A stretch of 64,000 bases of DNA from Bacteroidales bacterium (GCA_017615795.1 JAFZZK010000020.1:93155-157154), one strand, 5' to 3'; numbered from the stretch's first letter, positions 17,486 to 27,605 are shown. A program made the numbers and translations. Notes: generated by a model from the letters alone, not told the origin.

Positions 17486-19759
17486 ATGAAACTGAAAACT
17501 ATACTCATGGCTGTTGCCATCATGATGTTGGCCTTGAACATGTCCGCACAGTCCCTAACCACGCAGTCGGCTGTCGGGCAGAATCCAAACACATTGATAA
17601 ACAACCATTTAGCTGGAGATGGAGTGTTGCTTTCCAATGCTAAATTCAACAATAGTACCGGCAACATTGCTACTGCACAAATCGGCACGTTCAGCTATTC
17701 GGGAACTGCATTCCCTTACCATTCTGGTTTGATCATGACCACTGGCAACGTAAGCGTGGCAAACGGTCCCAACAGTTCAGGCAGTTCATCATCGGCGGTA
17801 AGCCCCGTATACACAGACCCACTACTGCAATCGTATGCTACAGAGACACTATTTGGATGTTCCACGTTGGAGTTCAATTTCGTAGCCTATGCGGATACAT
17901 TCGCTTTCAATTACATTTTCGGTTCTGAGGAATATGAAGAGTTTGTGAATGCCGGCTACAATGATGTGTTTGCTTTTCTGCTGTCAGGACCTGATCCTGT
18001 AACCTCCGTTCAGACGACGAAGAACGTGGCCATCATTCCTCACAGCATCACTGCCCAGAACCCTAACGGCATTCCAGTGACCATCGATAACGTAAACCAT
18101 TTAATTAACACGGTTTATTACCACAACAACAACGGCGGTACTGCTGTTCAATACGATGGTTACACCACTAGTCTGACCGCCCAAGCAACTATTTTAGCTT
18201 GTCAACCCTACACCATGCATCTCTCTGTTGGAAACTCTGGCGACAACCAATACGACTCGGGCGTTTTTTTGGAGGAAGGCAGTTTTTACAGTCCGACCGT
18301 GGAAGTGGATGAAATTTTCAAAATCGACGACCAGGTTTCCACCGAGTTTGGAGACACACTCGTACAAAACTGCCGGGATGTGGACATCTATTTCAGACTT
18401 CCAAGGGCAGTCCTACAAGGCATCTACCATGCCAGCATAGAGTTCCTGGGAGATGCAGACGTGGATCTTGACTATAATCTTTCCTACTTGAACGGCACTA
18501 TTTGGAGCACATTGAACCAGACCAACAACGAAGTCTATTACCATGCCGACGATTCGGTCATCCGTATGCATCTGAAGGTAAACGACACGGTTGACTTCGG
18601 CAATGCGGTGAAAGAGGTGATGCTCGTTGTCACCACTGTGTATTGTGACGACTATTATTACAACGGGCATCCCGATGCCGGCCGTATCGACACCTTGGTC
18701 TATCACCTGAAGTGCAATCCCGCCATCGAGTTGGTGGACACTACCATCAAGTACTGTCACCATGGCGACGCCATCACTGTGGACATGACCAGCGGTGCCA
18801 ATGATCTGCTATGGCAATGGACGCCCGCCACCGACATCACCAATCCCAACGCACAGACATCGGCTGCCGACATCTCCAGTGGAAGGACCTATCACGTGAT
18901 TGCCAAAGACAAATACGGATGCCAGGCCGATACCGCCCAGGTAGACGTCACCATATTTGAGCAACCTGTCGCCGACATCCGCGTCAATCCCGAGAACGGA
19001 TGTTCCCCACTCCCTGTCATCATCCGGGCTATCGACGTACCCGACGATTGTGACATCCGCTGGCGGGTTTACGACGAAAACGCCTTCGACACCACACTTA
19101 CACAATCGAGCCAGCTGTACCTGACGCTCGCAGATGCCGGCTACTACAATGTCAACCTCTGGCTCTCCACCGCCCCTGGCTGCTCCGACTCGCTCACCCT
19201 GCACAACGCCGTCCACGTCTCCGACTTCCCTCACGCCATGCTCTCCTTCTCCCCCGACGAGCCCAACAATGGCGAAACCGTCTATTTCTACAACGAGTCA
19301 ACGGGCAGTGACATCAACTCCTACTTCTGGAACTTCGGCGATGGCGGCACCTCCACCACCCAGAATCCCGAGCACGCCTATCACGTGACCGCCTCCGACA
19401 ACATGACCGTCCGCTTCGTGGTCACCAACATCGATGGCTGCGAAGATGACACCACTTTCGTCATTCCTGTCGTCGACGAGTTCTCCCTTTATGTCCCCAA
19501 CTCCTTCACGCCGAATGAAGACGGTGTCAACGATGTCTTCCAACCCATAGCCAGGGACGTTGCCTTTTACCGTCTGAAGATATACGACCGTTACGGCAGC
19601 CTCTTCTTTGTCACAGAAGATCCCGAGGATTTCTGGGATGGCACCATCGACGGCAAGCCCGCACCCTCGGGTGTATATGTCTGGACCATCGAATATATCC
19701 GCTACTCCAACCCCAACCGAACACTCCTGAAAAAAGGAACTGTCACGCTTGTACGATAG
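17486..19759 (+). CDS. Choice-of-anchor-L / PKD-domain surface protein with type-B T9SS (gliding-motility) C-terminal domain, copy 1
   Basis: Signal peptide. N-terminal NTLINNHLAGDGVLLSNAKFN...GLIMTTGN. PKD-like FNFGDGGTSTTQNPEHAY. C-terminus VPNSFTPNEDGVNDVFQP...YDRYG...WDGTIDGKPAPSGVYVWTIEY...KKGTVTLVR. Confidence 0.85.
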   Translation: MKLKTILMAVAIMMLALNMSAQSLTTQSAVGQNPNTLINNHLAGDGVLLSNAKFNNSTGNIATAQIGTFSYSGTAFPYHSGLIMTTGNVSVANGPNSSGSSSSAVSPVYTDPLLQSYATETLFGCSTLEFNFVAYADTFAFNYIFGSEEYEEFVNAGYNDVFAFLLSGPDPVTSVQTTKNVAIIPHSITAQNPNGIPVTIDNVNHLINTVYYHNNNGGTAVQYDGYTTSLTAQATILACQPYTMHLSVGNSGDNQYDSGVFLEEGSFYSPTVEVDEIFKIDDQVSTEFGDTLVQNCRDVDIYFRLPRAVLQGIYHASIEFLGDADVDLDYNLSYLNGTIWSTLNQTNNEVYYHADDSVIRMHLKVNDTVDFGNAVKEVMLVVTTVYCDDYYYNGHPDAGRIDTLVYHLKCNPAIELVDTTIKYCHHGDAITVDMTSGANDLLWQWTPATDITNPNAQTSAADISSGRTYHVIAKDKYGCQADTAQVDVTIFEQPVADIRVNPENGCSPLPVIIRAIDVPDDCDIRWRVYDENAFDTTLTQSSQLYLTLADAGYYNVNLWLSTAPGCSDSLTLHNAVHVSDFPHAMLSFSPDEPNNGETVYFYNESTGSDINSYFWNFGDGGTSTTQNPEHAYHVTASDNMTVRFVVTNIDGCEDDTTFVIPVVDEFSLYVPNSFTPNEDGVNDVFQPIARDVAFYRLKIYDRYGSLFFVTEDPEDFWDGTIDGKPAPSGVYVWTIEYIRYSNPNRTLLKKGTVTLVR

Positions 19760-19859
19760 TTCAACAAAATTCCGCTGGACGATCACATTCCAAGGTTTAG
19801 TAAACTCGATTTCCTCTCACACCAACATATATCAATCTTACCCATCTATTTCTCTCTTT

Positions 19860-22172
19860 ATGAAAATCAAAATACTACTTGAAATTGCACTCTGTCTGCT
19901 CGTAGGAAACGTCCACGCACAGTATTTAACTGTCCAAGCTGCCACAGGTCAGAATCCCAGCACATTAATAAACCAGCATTTAGCAGGACAAGGCGTCGTC
20001 CTGTCCAACGGCATGTTCAACAACAGTGCGGGCAACATCAGTGTGCCGCAGATTGGCACGTTCAGTTACAACGGCAATGCCTTCCCATTTCACTCGGGCC
20101 TCATTCTGACAACCGGTAACGTCAGCGTAGCGCCAGGTCCCAATTCCGGAGACGGCACGGCAGACCAGGTTCCCGACAACCAGATATACTGGGATCCTCT
20201 TTTGGCACAGTATGCCACCGACAGCCTATTTGCCTGCTCAGTATTGGATTTTGATTTCGTGGCCTTCGCCGACACATTCGCGTTCAACTACATTTTTGCA
20301 TCGGATGAGTATCCCGAGTATGTATGCAGCGAATACAATGACGTTTTTGTTTTTCTCCTGACAGGATACGATCCTGTGACACATGCCACAACGACGAAGA
20401 ACATTGCCATCATTCCCAACACCATCACGGCGGCAACCCCCAATGGGGTACCTGTAACCATCAACGCCGTCAATATTGGTCAAGTCGGTTCGGAAGGGGG
20501 AGGCGGAGTGGGCTGCTATTACCAATACTCACAATACTACAACAGCAACAACAGCAATGTCGTGGAATATGATGGATACACCACCGCACTGGTCGCCACC
20601 GCTCCCATCGAGGCATGCCAGACCTACCACATGCACCTATCCATCGGGAACGTGGGCGACAACAACTACGACTCGGGTGTCTTCCTCGAAGAGGGCAGTT
20701 TCTACAGCCCATCCTCAAGCATATCGCAGACCTTCCATAATCTGGATTTGGCTCCCTCCGTACAAGGTGACACCCTCATACAAAACTGCCGTGAAGTAAA
20801 CATCGACTATCACTTCCCCGATGCCATATTATCCACATACCACCTTGACATTGGATTCGAAGGCTCCGGGGTGCTCAATCAAGATTACGAACTCTCCTAT
20901 CTGCACAACAACAACTGGCAACCACTCACATATCTCAACAACACCATCGCCCTTAACCCAGGCGATTCCGTCATCCATCTTCAAATGAAAGCGCTTCCTA
21001 ACACCCCGTGCAACGGCGGAGTCAAGGAGGCGAGAATCATAATAACCACCATCCTGTGCGAGAACCTCTACTACGGAGGCCAACAAGACGCAGGACAATC
21101 CGACACATTAGTGTATCACCTGCTGTGCAATCCCCCGTTCTCACTGTCGGACACCACAATGGCCTACTGTCACGACGGCGGTTTTGTCACAGTCGGTGTA
21201 CAAGGAGATCCCAACCAGCTCCATTATCAATGGACACCTACCAACGGTCTGCAGAACCCCTTCGTGCAGTCCCCGACAGCCAACATCACCCAAAGCACCA
21301 CCTTCCAGGTCAGAGCAACAGACGCATTCAACTGCCACAGCGACACCGCGCAAGTGCATGTCGAAATCCAACCGCTGCCCGTCGCCAATCTGCACATTGA
21401 ACCTGATTTCGGGTGCGCACCGCTCAATGTCATTCTCCGCAACCAGGACATTCCTGATGGCTGTAACATCCGCTGGCACGTCTACAATGAAAACTCTTTC
21501 GACACCACCAACACCGCAGTCAACCCGCTGCGCCTGAGACTCGACAATGCCGGATACTACGATGTCAACCTCTGGCTCTCCTCCGCCCCCGGATGTTCCG
21601 ACTCCATCAACATACACCATGCCATCCACGTGTCGCTGTACCCACATGCCGACTTCACCTATTCGCCTGAAGAGCCGCACAATGGGGAGACCGTCTATTT
21701 TTACGATGCATCCACGGGCGACAACATCACCTCCTATCATTGGAGCTTTGGCGACGGCAACACCTCCACAACAGCCAACCCCGAGCACAGCTACCACGTG
21801 CCCGCCACAGACCTCCTGACCGTCCGTTTTGAGGTCACCAACTCCGACGGATGCGCAGACGACACTACCGTCTCCATCCCCGTCATCGACGACTTCGCCC
21901 TATACGTCCCCAACTCATTCACGCCCAACGAGGATGGCATCAACGATGTTTTCCAGCCCAAAGTCAGCGATGTTGCCTATTATCGCCTGGAAATATACGA
22001 CCGCTACGGGAACAAGATCTTCGTCACCGAGGATCCCGAGGGCGCGTGGGACGGGACAATCAACGGGAAACCCGCCCCCACAAGCGTGTTCTCCTGGACC
22101 ATTCATTACACAAAATATTCCAACTTGACCCAACAACTTGTCAAGAAAGGGAGCGTAACATTAGTACGATAA
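19860..22172 (+). CDS. Choice-of-anchor-L / PKD-domain surface protein with type-B T9SS C-terminal domain, copy 2 (tandem paralog)
   Basis: Colinear with the upstream gene over its whole length. Start trimmed to MKIKILLEIALCLLVGNVHAQ (signal peptide). Confidence 0.85.
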   Translation: MKIKILLEIALCLLVGNVHAQYLTVQAATGQNPSTLINQHLAGQGVVLSNGMFNNSAGNISVPQIGTFSYNGNAFPFHSGLILTTGNVSVAPGPNSGDGTADQVPDNQIYWDPLLAQYATDSLFACSVLDFDFVAFADTFAFNYIFASDEYPEYVCSEYNDVFVFLLTGYDPVTHATTTKNIAIIPNTITAATPNGVPVTINAVNIGQVGSEGGGGVGCYYQYSQYYNSNNSNVVEYDGYTTALVATAPIEACQTYHMHLSIGNVGDNNYDSGVFLEEGSFYSPSSSISQTFHNLDLAPSVQGDTLIQNCREVNIDYHFPDAILSTYHLDIGFEGSGVLNQDYELSYLHNNNWQPLTYLNNTIALNPGDSVIHLQMKALPNTPCNGGVKEARIIITTILCENLYYGGQQDAGQSDTLVYHLLCNPPFSLSDTTMAYCHDGGFVTVGVQGDPNQLHYQWTPTNGLQNPFVQSPTANITQSTTFQVRATDAFNCHSDTAQVHVEIQPLPVANLHIEPDFGCAPLNVILRNQDIPDGCNIRWHVYNENSFDTTNTAVNPLRLRLDNAGYYDVNLWLSSAPGCSDSINIHHAIHVSLYPHADFTYSPEEPHNGETVYFYDASTGDNITSYHWSFGDGNTSTTANPEHSYHVPATDLLTVRFEVTNSDGCADDTTVSIPVIDDFALYVPNSFTPNEDGINDVFQPKVSDVAYYRLEIYDRYGNKIFVTEDPEGAWDGTINGKPAPTSVFSWTIHYTKYSNLTQQLVKKGSVTLVR

Positions 22173-22178
22173 TACACC

Positions 22179-24320
22179 ATGGAAAACCACTATGCCCAGC
22201 GCATCGCCCATGAGCTGCAACTAACGGAGGAACAAGTCAAAAACACCCTGGCGCTATTGGAAGGTGGAGCCACCATCCCCTTCATATCACGATACAGAAA
22301 GGAGGCCACCGGCAGCCTTGACGAGGTGCAGATTGGCCAAATCCGGGATCTGCATGCCCGTTATGTGGAGTTAGACAAGCGCCGCGCCTCCATTCTTGAC
22401 TCCATTTCCGAGCAGGGCAAACTCACTCCGGAGCTCGAATCGCAAATCAACGCCGCGCTCACACTCAGCGAATTGGAGGATCTATACCTTCCCTACCGGC
22501 CCAAGCGCAAGACCCGCGCCACCATGGCCATAGAAAAGGGCTTGGAGCCTTTGGCCAAGTTCATTGCCGCACAAAAGCAGGCAGACCTGCACAAGGAGGC
22601 ATCCCGTTACGTCAACGCCGAAAAGGGAGTTGCCAGCGTGGAGGATGCTTTGGCCGGCGCACGCGACATCATCGCGGAGCTCATCAGCGAGAACGTCACC
22701 ATCCGCGCCCGACTGCGCAACACCTTCCGCCGACACAGCACCATCGCCACCAAGCGCATCAAGGATGCCGTGGATGAGGAGGAAAAATACCGTATGTACT
22801 ACGACGCTCACGAGAAGCTGGCGCGCGCACCCTCGCACCGCGTGCTCGCCATGCTCCGCGGCGAAGAGGAGGGCATCCTGCGCCTCACCATCGCCCCCGA
22901 CGAGCAACGCACCCTCGACTCGCTGAAAAAGTGGCTCATCCATAGCAACAGCAACTGTGCCCAACAGGTCTGGATGGCTGCAACCGATGCCTATAAACGC
23001 CTGCTGCAACCGCAACTCGAGACCGAGATGCGCAACTTCTACAAGGAAAAGGCCGACACGGAAGCCATCCACGTCTTCACGGAAAACGTACGGCAGCTCC
23101 TGCTGGCCGCCCCACTTGGGCAAGTGACCACCCTGGCCATCGACCCTGGATTCAGAACAGGCTGCAAGGTCGTCATCCTCGACCCTCAAGGCAAGCTGCT
23201 CCACAACGAGACCATCTACCCTCACCCTCCCGTGGCACAGTACAAACTCGCGTCCGACAAGCTCAAACGGCTTGTGCTGCAATACAAAGTCGATGCCATC
23301 GCCATCGGCAACGGCACTGGCGGACGCGAAACGGAGAACTTCATCCGTTATATCCCCTTCGAACGCGATGTGAAGGCCTACATGGTCAACGAGAGCGGCG
23401 CGTCCGTCTATTCCGCCTCCCCCGTGGCACGCGCCGAGTTTCCGGATTATGATGTCACCGTGCGCGGTGCCGTATCCATCGGACGGCGCCTGATGGACCC
23501 GCTGGCCGAGCTCGTCAAAATCGACCCCAAGTCCATCGGTGTGGGGCAATACCAGCACGATGTCAACCAGAAGCGCCTGCAGGAAAGTCTGGAGGAGACA
23601 GTGGAAAGTTGCGTCAACTACGTGGGGGTGGAGCTGAACACCGCGAGCAAGGAACTGCTGTCCTACGTGTCCGGCATTGGCCCGTCGCTGGCCCGCAACA
23701 TCATCGAGTACCGCGACGAGCACGGCCCGTTCCCCTCGCGCGAAAGCCTCAAGCAGGTGCCGCGCTTTGGCGCCAAGGCGTTTGAGCAATCAGCGGGATT
23801 CCTGCGCATCCGCGACGCGGAAAACCCCCTCGACCATAGTGCCGTGCATCCCGAAAGCTACCCCGTGGTCAACGCGATGGCCCAAGAGATGGGCTGCAGC
23901 GTGAAGGACCTCATCAGCCACAAGGAAATCCGCGACAACATCGACCTGACCCACTTCATCACGTCCAAGGTCGGCATGCCGACCCTGACCGACATCATGA
24001 AGGAACTGGCCAAGCCCGGTCGCGACCCGCGCACGCAGTTCGAGAAGTTCGAGTTTGACAAAAACATCCACAAGATCGAGGATCTGAAGCCCGGCATGGA
24101 GCTGCCCGGCATCGTCACCAACATCACCAACTTCGGTTGTTTTGTGGACATCGGCGTCCATCAGGATGGCCTCATCCACGTCAGCAATCTCTCTTCGAAA
24201 CGCCGCGTGGCCAATCCTTCCGAAGTGGTACACCTCAACCAGAAAGTGATGGTGCGCGTCATTGGCGTGGAGGTGGATCGCAAACGGATAAGCCTTTCGA
24301 TGCGCGAAGTAGAACAATGA
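22179..24320 (+). CDS. tex: Tex-like transcription accessory protein (YqgF/HhH/S1 domains)
   Basis: N-terminus Q.I..EL.L...QV..T..LL.EGATIPFISRYRKE.TG.LDE. C-terminal S1 domain GMELPGIVTNITNFGCFVDIGVHQDGLIHVS. 713 aa. Confidence 0.92.
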   Translation: MENHYAQRIAHELQLTEEQVKNTLALLEGGATIPFISRYRKEATGSLDEVQIGQIRDLHARYVELDKRRASILDSISEQGKLTPELESQINAALTLSELEDLYLPYRPKRKTRATMAIEKGLEPLAKFIAAQKQADLHKEASRYVNAEKGVASVEDALAGARDIIAELISENVTIRARLRNTFRRHSTIATKRIKDAVDEEEKYRMYYDAHEKLARAPSHRVLAMLRGEEEGILRLTIAPDEQRTLDSLKKWLIHSNSNCAQQVWMAATDAYKRLLQPQLETEMRNFYKEKADTEAIHVFTENVRQLLLAAPLGQVTTLAIDPGFRTGCKVVILDPQGKLLHNETIYPHPPVAQYKLASDKLKRLVLQYKVDAIAIGNGTGGRETENFIRYIPFERDVKAYMVNESGASVYSASPVARAEFPDYDVTVRGAVSIGRRLMDPLAELVKIDPKSIGVGQYQHDVNQKRLQESLEETVESCVNYVGVELNTASKELLSYVSGIGPSLARNIIEYRDEHGPFPSRESLKQVPRFGAKAFEQSAGFLRIRDAENPLDHSAVHPESYPVVNAMAQEMGCSVKDLISHKEIRDNIDLTHFITSKVGMPTLTDIMKELAKPGRDPRTQFEKFEFDKNIHKIEDLKPGMELPGIVTNITNFGCFVDIGVHQDGLIHVSNLSSKRRVANPSEVVHLNQKVMVRVIGVEVDRKRISLSMREVEQ

Positions 24321-24384
24321 TGAGGGGATGTTTACGATTTGCGTTCACAATCGCATCCGAAAATCGTACATAGCAAACGTCTCC

Positions 24385-25380
24385 TCACAACATCATCGCC
24401 CCGCACAGCAGCCCCACACCCATCGTCACAGCCTTCATCAGGAAGAATGCGCGGCGCGACTGGGCAAGGAGGGGCAATCCTGCGTGACCATTTTGCGCAA
24501 TACAGTTGGCCAACAACACCCCAAACGGAATGCTGCCGTCGAGGAACATCACAATGAACACCAAGTGCGGTCCCGACTCCGGGATGAAGCCCACCAACAC
24601 GGCAACGAGCAACAACACATATTTGGCCCACACATGCGTGTGCAACAGTCCGTCAATGTCGAGAAAATATCCGAATGTCTTGAGAAACAGCAACACCCCG
24701 AACGACCAAAGAAAGACGGCAAGAAAATGCTTTCGCACCACATGATTCCACAAGTGCTCCACAAAGAAATGACGCACCCGTTCCTTGAACCCATGCCGGG
24801 AATCTGATTGCGCATGGTCGGCTCCATGTTCCTCGCCATGGTCGTGGGCATCCATCTCCCCATGAATTTCAAATTCGTGGCCATTGGTGCAGGGTACAGA
24901 GTGCAGATTGCATTTTCTCGTCAGCAAATTGACCACTAACCCGACCGCTATACCCATCAAGAAGAGAATCCCCGTCACGGCAAACCCCCACTTGGGACTT
25001 TGCGCAAAGAGGAAGAAGGCCTCGTCACCAAAGGTGGCAATCATACCGCCGACCAACGCGCCAAACGACAACAAGTTATGGGTATATAGCGACACAACGG
25101 CAAACCCGCCTGCACAACCCGGGACAATGCCTAACAGACAACAAACCAGCAACTGTAAAAACAGCTTGTGCTGCAACTTGACCATCAGCTGACCCGACGA
25201 GGAGACATTTATCAACTCGATGAAGGTCATCATCAGGAGCACCAAGCCTGTGATTTCCAGCGCATTTGCCATAACATCGCCCAAAATCGAGGGAACGGCA
25301 TGCCAAAAACCGCTGCTATAGCTAACAGCGGATTCGGATATATGTAAAAATATGATATTCAAAAGATTACTTTTCAACAT
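24385..25380 (-). CDS. Polytopic membrane protein, putative metal(loid) permease (ArsP_2 / putative-manganese-transporter-like) with His-rich loop
   Basis: 331 aa, about 10 hydrophobic segments. Central loop HGEMDAHDHGEEHGADHAQSDSRH. The family name is recalled, not tested. Confidence 0.5.
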   Translation of the reverse strand: MLKSNLLNIIFLHISESAVSYSSGFWHAVPSILGDVMANALEITGLVLLMMTFIELINVSSSGQLMVKLQHKLFLQLLVCCLLGIVPGCAGGFAVVSLYTHNLLSFGALVGGMIATFGDEAFFLFAQSPKWGFAVTGILFLMGIAVGLVVNLLTRKCNLHSVPCTNGHEFEIHGEMDAHDHGEEHGADHAQSDSRHGFKERVRHFFVEHLWNHVVRKHFLAVFLWSFGVLLFLKTFGYFLDIDGLLHTHVWAKYVLLLVAVLVGFIPESGPHLVFIVMFLDGSIPFGVLLANCIAQNGHAGLPLLAQSRRAFFLMKAVTMGVGLLCGAMML

Positions 25381-25392
25381 GCAGTACTTGCC

Positions 25393-26772
25393 TTACAAGT
25401 TGAGATTCTTGATGACAGCGGGATCTATTTTCTTGGTGCCCCAGATTTTAGTGGTGGTCTTGATAGAATCCGCCAGAGAGAGCTTTTCGGCGTGCTCCAT
25501 GGCTTTCTGCACAAAGACGCACTGATCCACTGCAGCCTTACCGTTAACCACAGCTTCGGAGAGTGCCTTGCAAGACTGGTAGCCACAGATACGGCAGTCG
25601 ACTTGCGGCAGGTTCTGGTTGATTTCGAACGCACGGCGCATCTTCTTCATGGCCACAGCCATATTGTCGTCCATCTTGTCCATGGAACGTGGCTCCACAG
25701 TGCCGAGCACTCGCCGATGCTCCGACAGGTAGTCCACATAGTTGAGCAGGTCGTTGTCCTCGGCATCGATCTCTTCCGGAGATTTCTGCATACGATTGCG
25801 TTGGCGTTCCGCCATGAGAAAACGGTTGTTGGCACAGAGGATGCCTCCGGCACAGCTCTCGTCGCAGGCGCGAAGCTCAAGGAAATCGATATCCTGGATA
25901 TCCTCGTCCTCCAATTTTTCGAGGAAGTCGGACACGTTGTGGATGCCATCGATGGCAAGGTTGCGCCCCTCTTTGAGAAGATTGATCTCGCCGCCCGTAA
26001 GGGTGAAATTAAGACTGCTTTTGGAAAGGCGGTGATAACGGATGCGGGAGTTCTCGCAAAGCTGGTACTCGCCCTGCTTGATGACACGCATCACTTTACT
26101 GTAGAGGTAATTCATATTGATAACACCCGACACAGGGGATTCTTCCTCGGTGGCAGGGCTCTTGATGGCAGCAATTTTGGCCGCACAGGGAGCCACGTAG
26201 AAGATGCCGATATCCTCGGCCGGCACATTATCCTCCTCGGTAAGCAGCTTTTTGATATAGAGTGCCGTAAGGTCAAGCGGCGGTTTTACCAGATAGAGAT
26301 TGGGCACCAGCACGGGGAAGCGCACCTGGATAAGGCGCACGATGGCGGGGCAGAAGGTGGAGACGATGGGCTTGTAGCCGTTGTTCTCGTGAACGGTCTT
26401 CTTCATCTCCTCCTTTATGAAATCGACGCTCTTCTCGACCTCGAAAACATGTTTGAATCCGAGATGATAGATAGCGGACAGGATGGTCCTCTCCTTGATT
26501 TTTTCCTCAAACTGGGCGGTAAAGATGGAGGGGAGGAGCAGGACGGGGTATTTATAGTCATAAACAGTCTGGAAGTCGTCCTGTTCTATGTATATGGCGT
26601 TGACCGGGCAAGCCTGGTAGCAGCGCCCACAGTCTATGCAGCGGTTGGGATTGAGGTGCGGGTGCCCGTCTTCGACGTGGATGGCCCCGGTGGGGCATAC
26701 GCCCGTGCAGTGGGCACAGCCAATGCAGAGATCGTACTTGAATTTCAACGCGTGGTGGAAGTCTTCAGCCAT
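25393..26772 (-). CDS. [FeFe]-hydrogenase-like Fe-S protein (2x ferredoxin 4Fe-4S, H-cluster-domain-like core, C-terminal RnfB-type Fe-S domain), probably non-catalytic or sensory
   Basis: CIGCAHCTGVCP and CIDCGRCYQACP ferredoxin motifs. The L1-like motif reads STFCPAIV where TSCCPxW is expected. The L2-like motif is VAPCAAK. The L3-like motif is ELRACDESCAGG. The C-terminus has CRICGYQSC...(16 aa)...C. Confidence 0.7.
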   Translation of the reverse strand: MAEDFHHALKFKYDLCIGCAHCTGVCPTGAIHVEDGHPHLNPNRCIDCGRCYQACPVNAIYIEQDDFQTVYDYKYPVLLLPSIFTAQFEEKIKERTILSAIYHLGFKHVFEVEKSVDFIKEEMKKTVHENNGYKPIVSTFCPAIVRLIQVRFPVLVPNLYLVKPPLDLTALYIKKLLTEEDNVPAEDIGIFYVAPCAAKIAAIKSPATEEESPVSGVINMNYLYSKVMRVIKQGEYQLCENSRIRYHRLSKSSLNFTLTGGEINLLKEGRNLAIDGIHNVSDFLEKLEDEDIQDIDFLELRACDESCAGGILCANNRFLMAERQRNRMQKSPEEIDAEDNDLLNYVDYLSEHRRVLGTVEPRSMDKMDDNMAVAMKKMRRAFEINQNLPQVDCRICGYQSCKALSEAVVNGKAAVDQCVFVQKAMEHAEKLSLADSIKTTTKIWGTKKIDPAVIKNLNL

Positions 26773-26783
26773 AACAGGAGGGA

Positions 26784-27200
26784 TTATTTATTGAAATAGT
26801 TGACAAGTTCGATGGTGGTGCCCTTGCCCACCTCGGTTTGGATATGGAGTTCGTCGGAGTTGTTCTGGATATTGGGAAGGCCCATACCGGCACCGAAGCC
26901 CATCTCGCGCACCTTGGGCGATGCGGTAGAGTTGCCCTTCTGCATAGCCCATTCGACGTTGGGAATGCCCGGGCCCTCGTCGGCCAGCACAATGCGAATC
27001 TTGTCCTCCTCCAGGTCCACGTTGATGTCGCCGCGGTAAGCGTGGGCCACGATGTTGACCTCGGCCTCATAGAGCGCCACGACCGTCCGCTTGACGATGT
27101 CGGGGCTTACACCGAGCTTTTTCAGCATTCTCTTGACTTCGCTGGAGGTGGACCCTGCATTGGTAAAATCCCCTCCTTCAACGTGGTAGGTAAATTCCAT
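26784..27200 (-). CDS. RsbW/anti-sigma-regulatory-factor-like ATPase (HATPase_c Ser-kinase fold)
   Basis: 138 aa. N box EAEVNIVAHA, G1 box DEGPGI, G2 box GFGAGMGLPN. Confidence 0.75.
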   Translation of the reverse strand: MEFTYHVEGGDFTNAGSTSSEVKRMLKKLGVSPDIVKRTVVALYEAEVNIVAHAYRGDINVDLEEDKIRIVLADEGPGIPNVEWAMQKGNSTASPKVREMGFGAGMGLPNIQNNSDELHIQTEVGKGTTIELVNYFNK

Positions 27201-27215
27201 AGTCTTGCAATTTGA

Positions 27216-27563
27216 TTAATAAATGGGCGGTATGCCAGCACCATAGAGGATGCCGGCGGTCTTGTACATCGAATATTTGGTCTTGACGATAATCATGTCA
27301 TTCTCCTCGGCCAATTCAAGCATCTCGTCGGTGACAGCCTTGTCACGAACCACGACAATCATTTGGATGTCAGACATTTCGCATGTACGAATAGACTGGA
27401 GATTCGACAACCCTGTCAGCAGCAACAAGTTGTCGGTGTCGCGAATGGTGAGCACGTCGCTCATCAAGTCGGAGGCGAACACAAAGGAAACTTCTCGTCC
27501 TTTGAAACTGTCGCCGCAAACAATCTCGCCTTGGACCAAGGCTGCAACTTCTTCGATAGTCAT
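27216..27563 (-). CDS. DRTGG-domain-like protein
   Basis: 115 aa. The pattern ...EIVCG....REV...FASDLMSDVL......LLLLTGL.N.Q..R matches the small DRTGG proteins found beside hydrogenase-associated kinase genes (recalled). Confidence 0.6.
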   Translation of the reverse strand: MTIEEVAALVQGEIVCGDSFKGREVSFVFASDLMSDVLTIRDTDNLLLLTGLSNLQSIRTCEMSDIQMIVVVRDKAVTDEMLELAEENDMIIVKTKYSMYKTAGILYGAGIPPIY

Positions 27564-27597
27564 AATTACTTATTGTGCATTAAACAAAAATTGGCTG

Positions 27598-27605
27598 CAA
27601 AGGTA
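27598..27605 (-). promoter_or_regulatory. -7 promoter box (TACCTTTG on minus strand) for the DRTGG-ATPase-FeS-permease operon
   Basis: Plus-strand CAAAGGTA, 35 nt upstream of the DRTGG start. Downstream gaps in the operon are 15, 11 and 12 nt. Confidence 0.55.

Noticed and set aside
24328-24807. 159-aa His/Gln-rich + strand ORF
   Set aside because: It is antisense to the polytopic permease gene, whose hydrophobic helices give a far more coherent product. The His/Gln richness mirrors reverse-complemented Leu/Val/Met codons.
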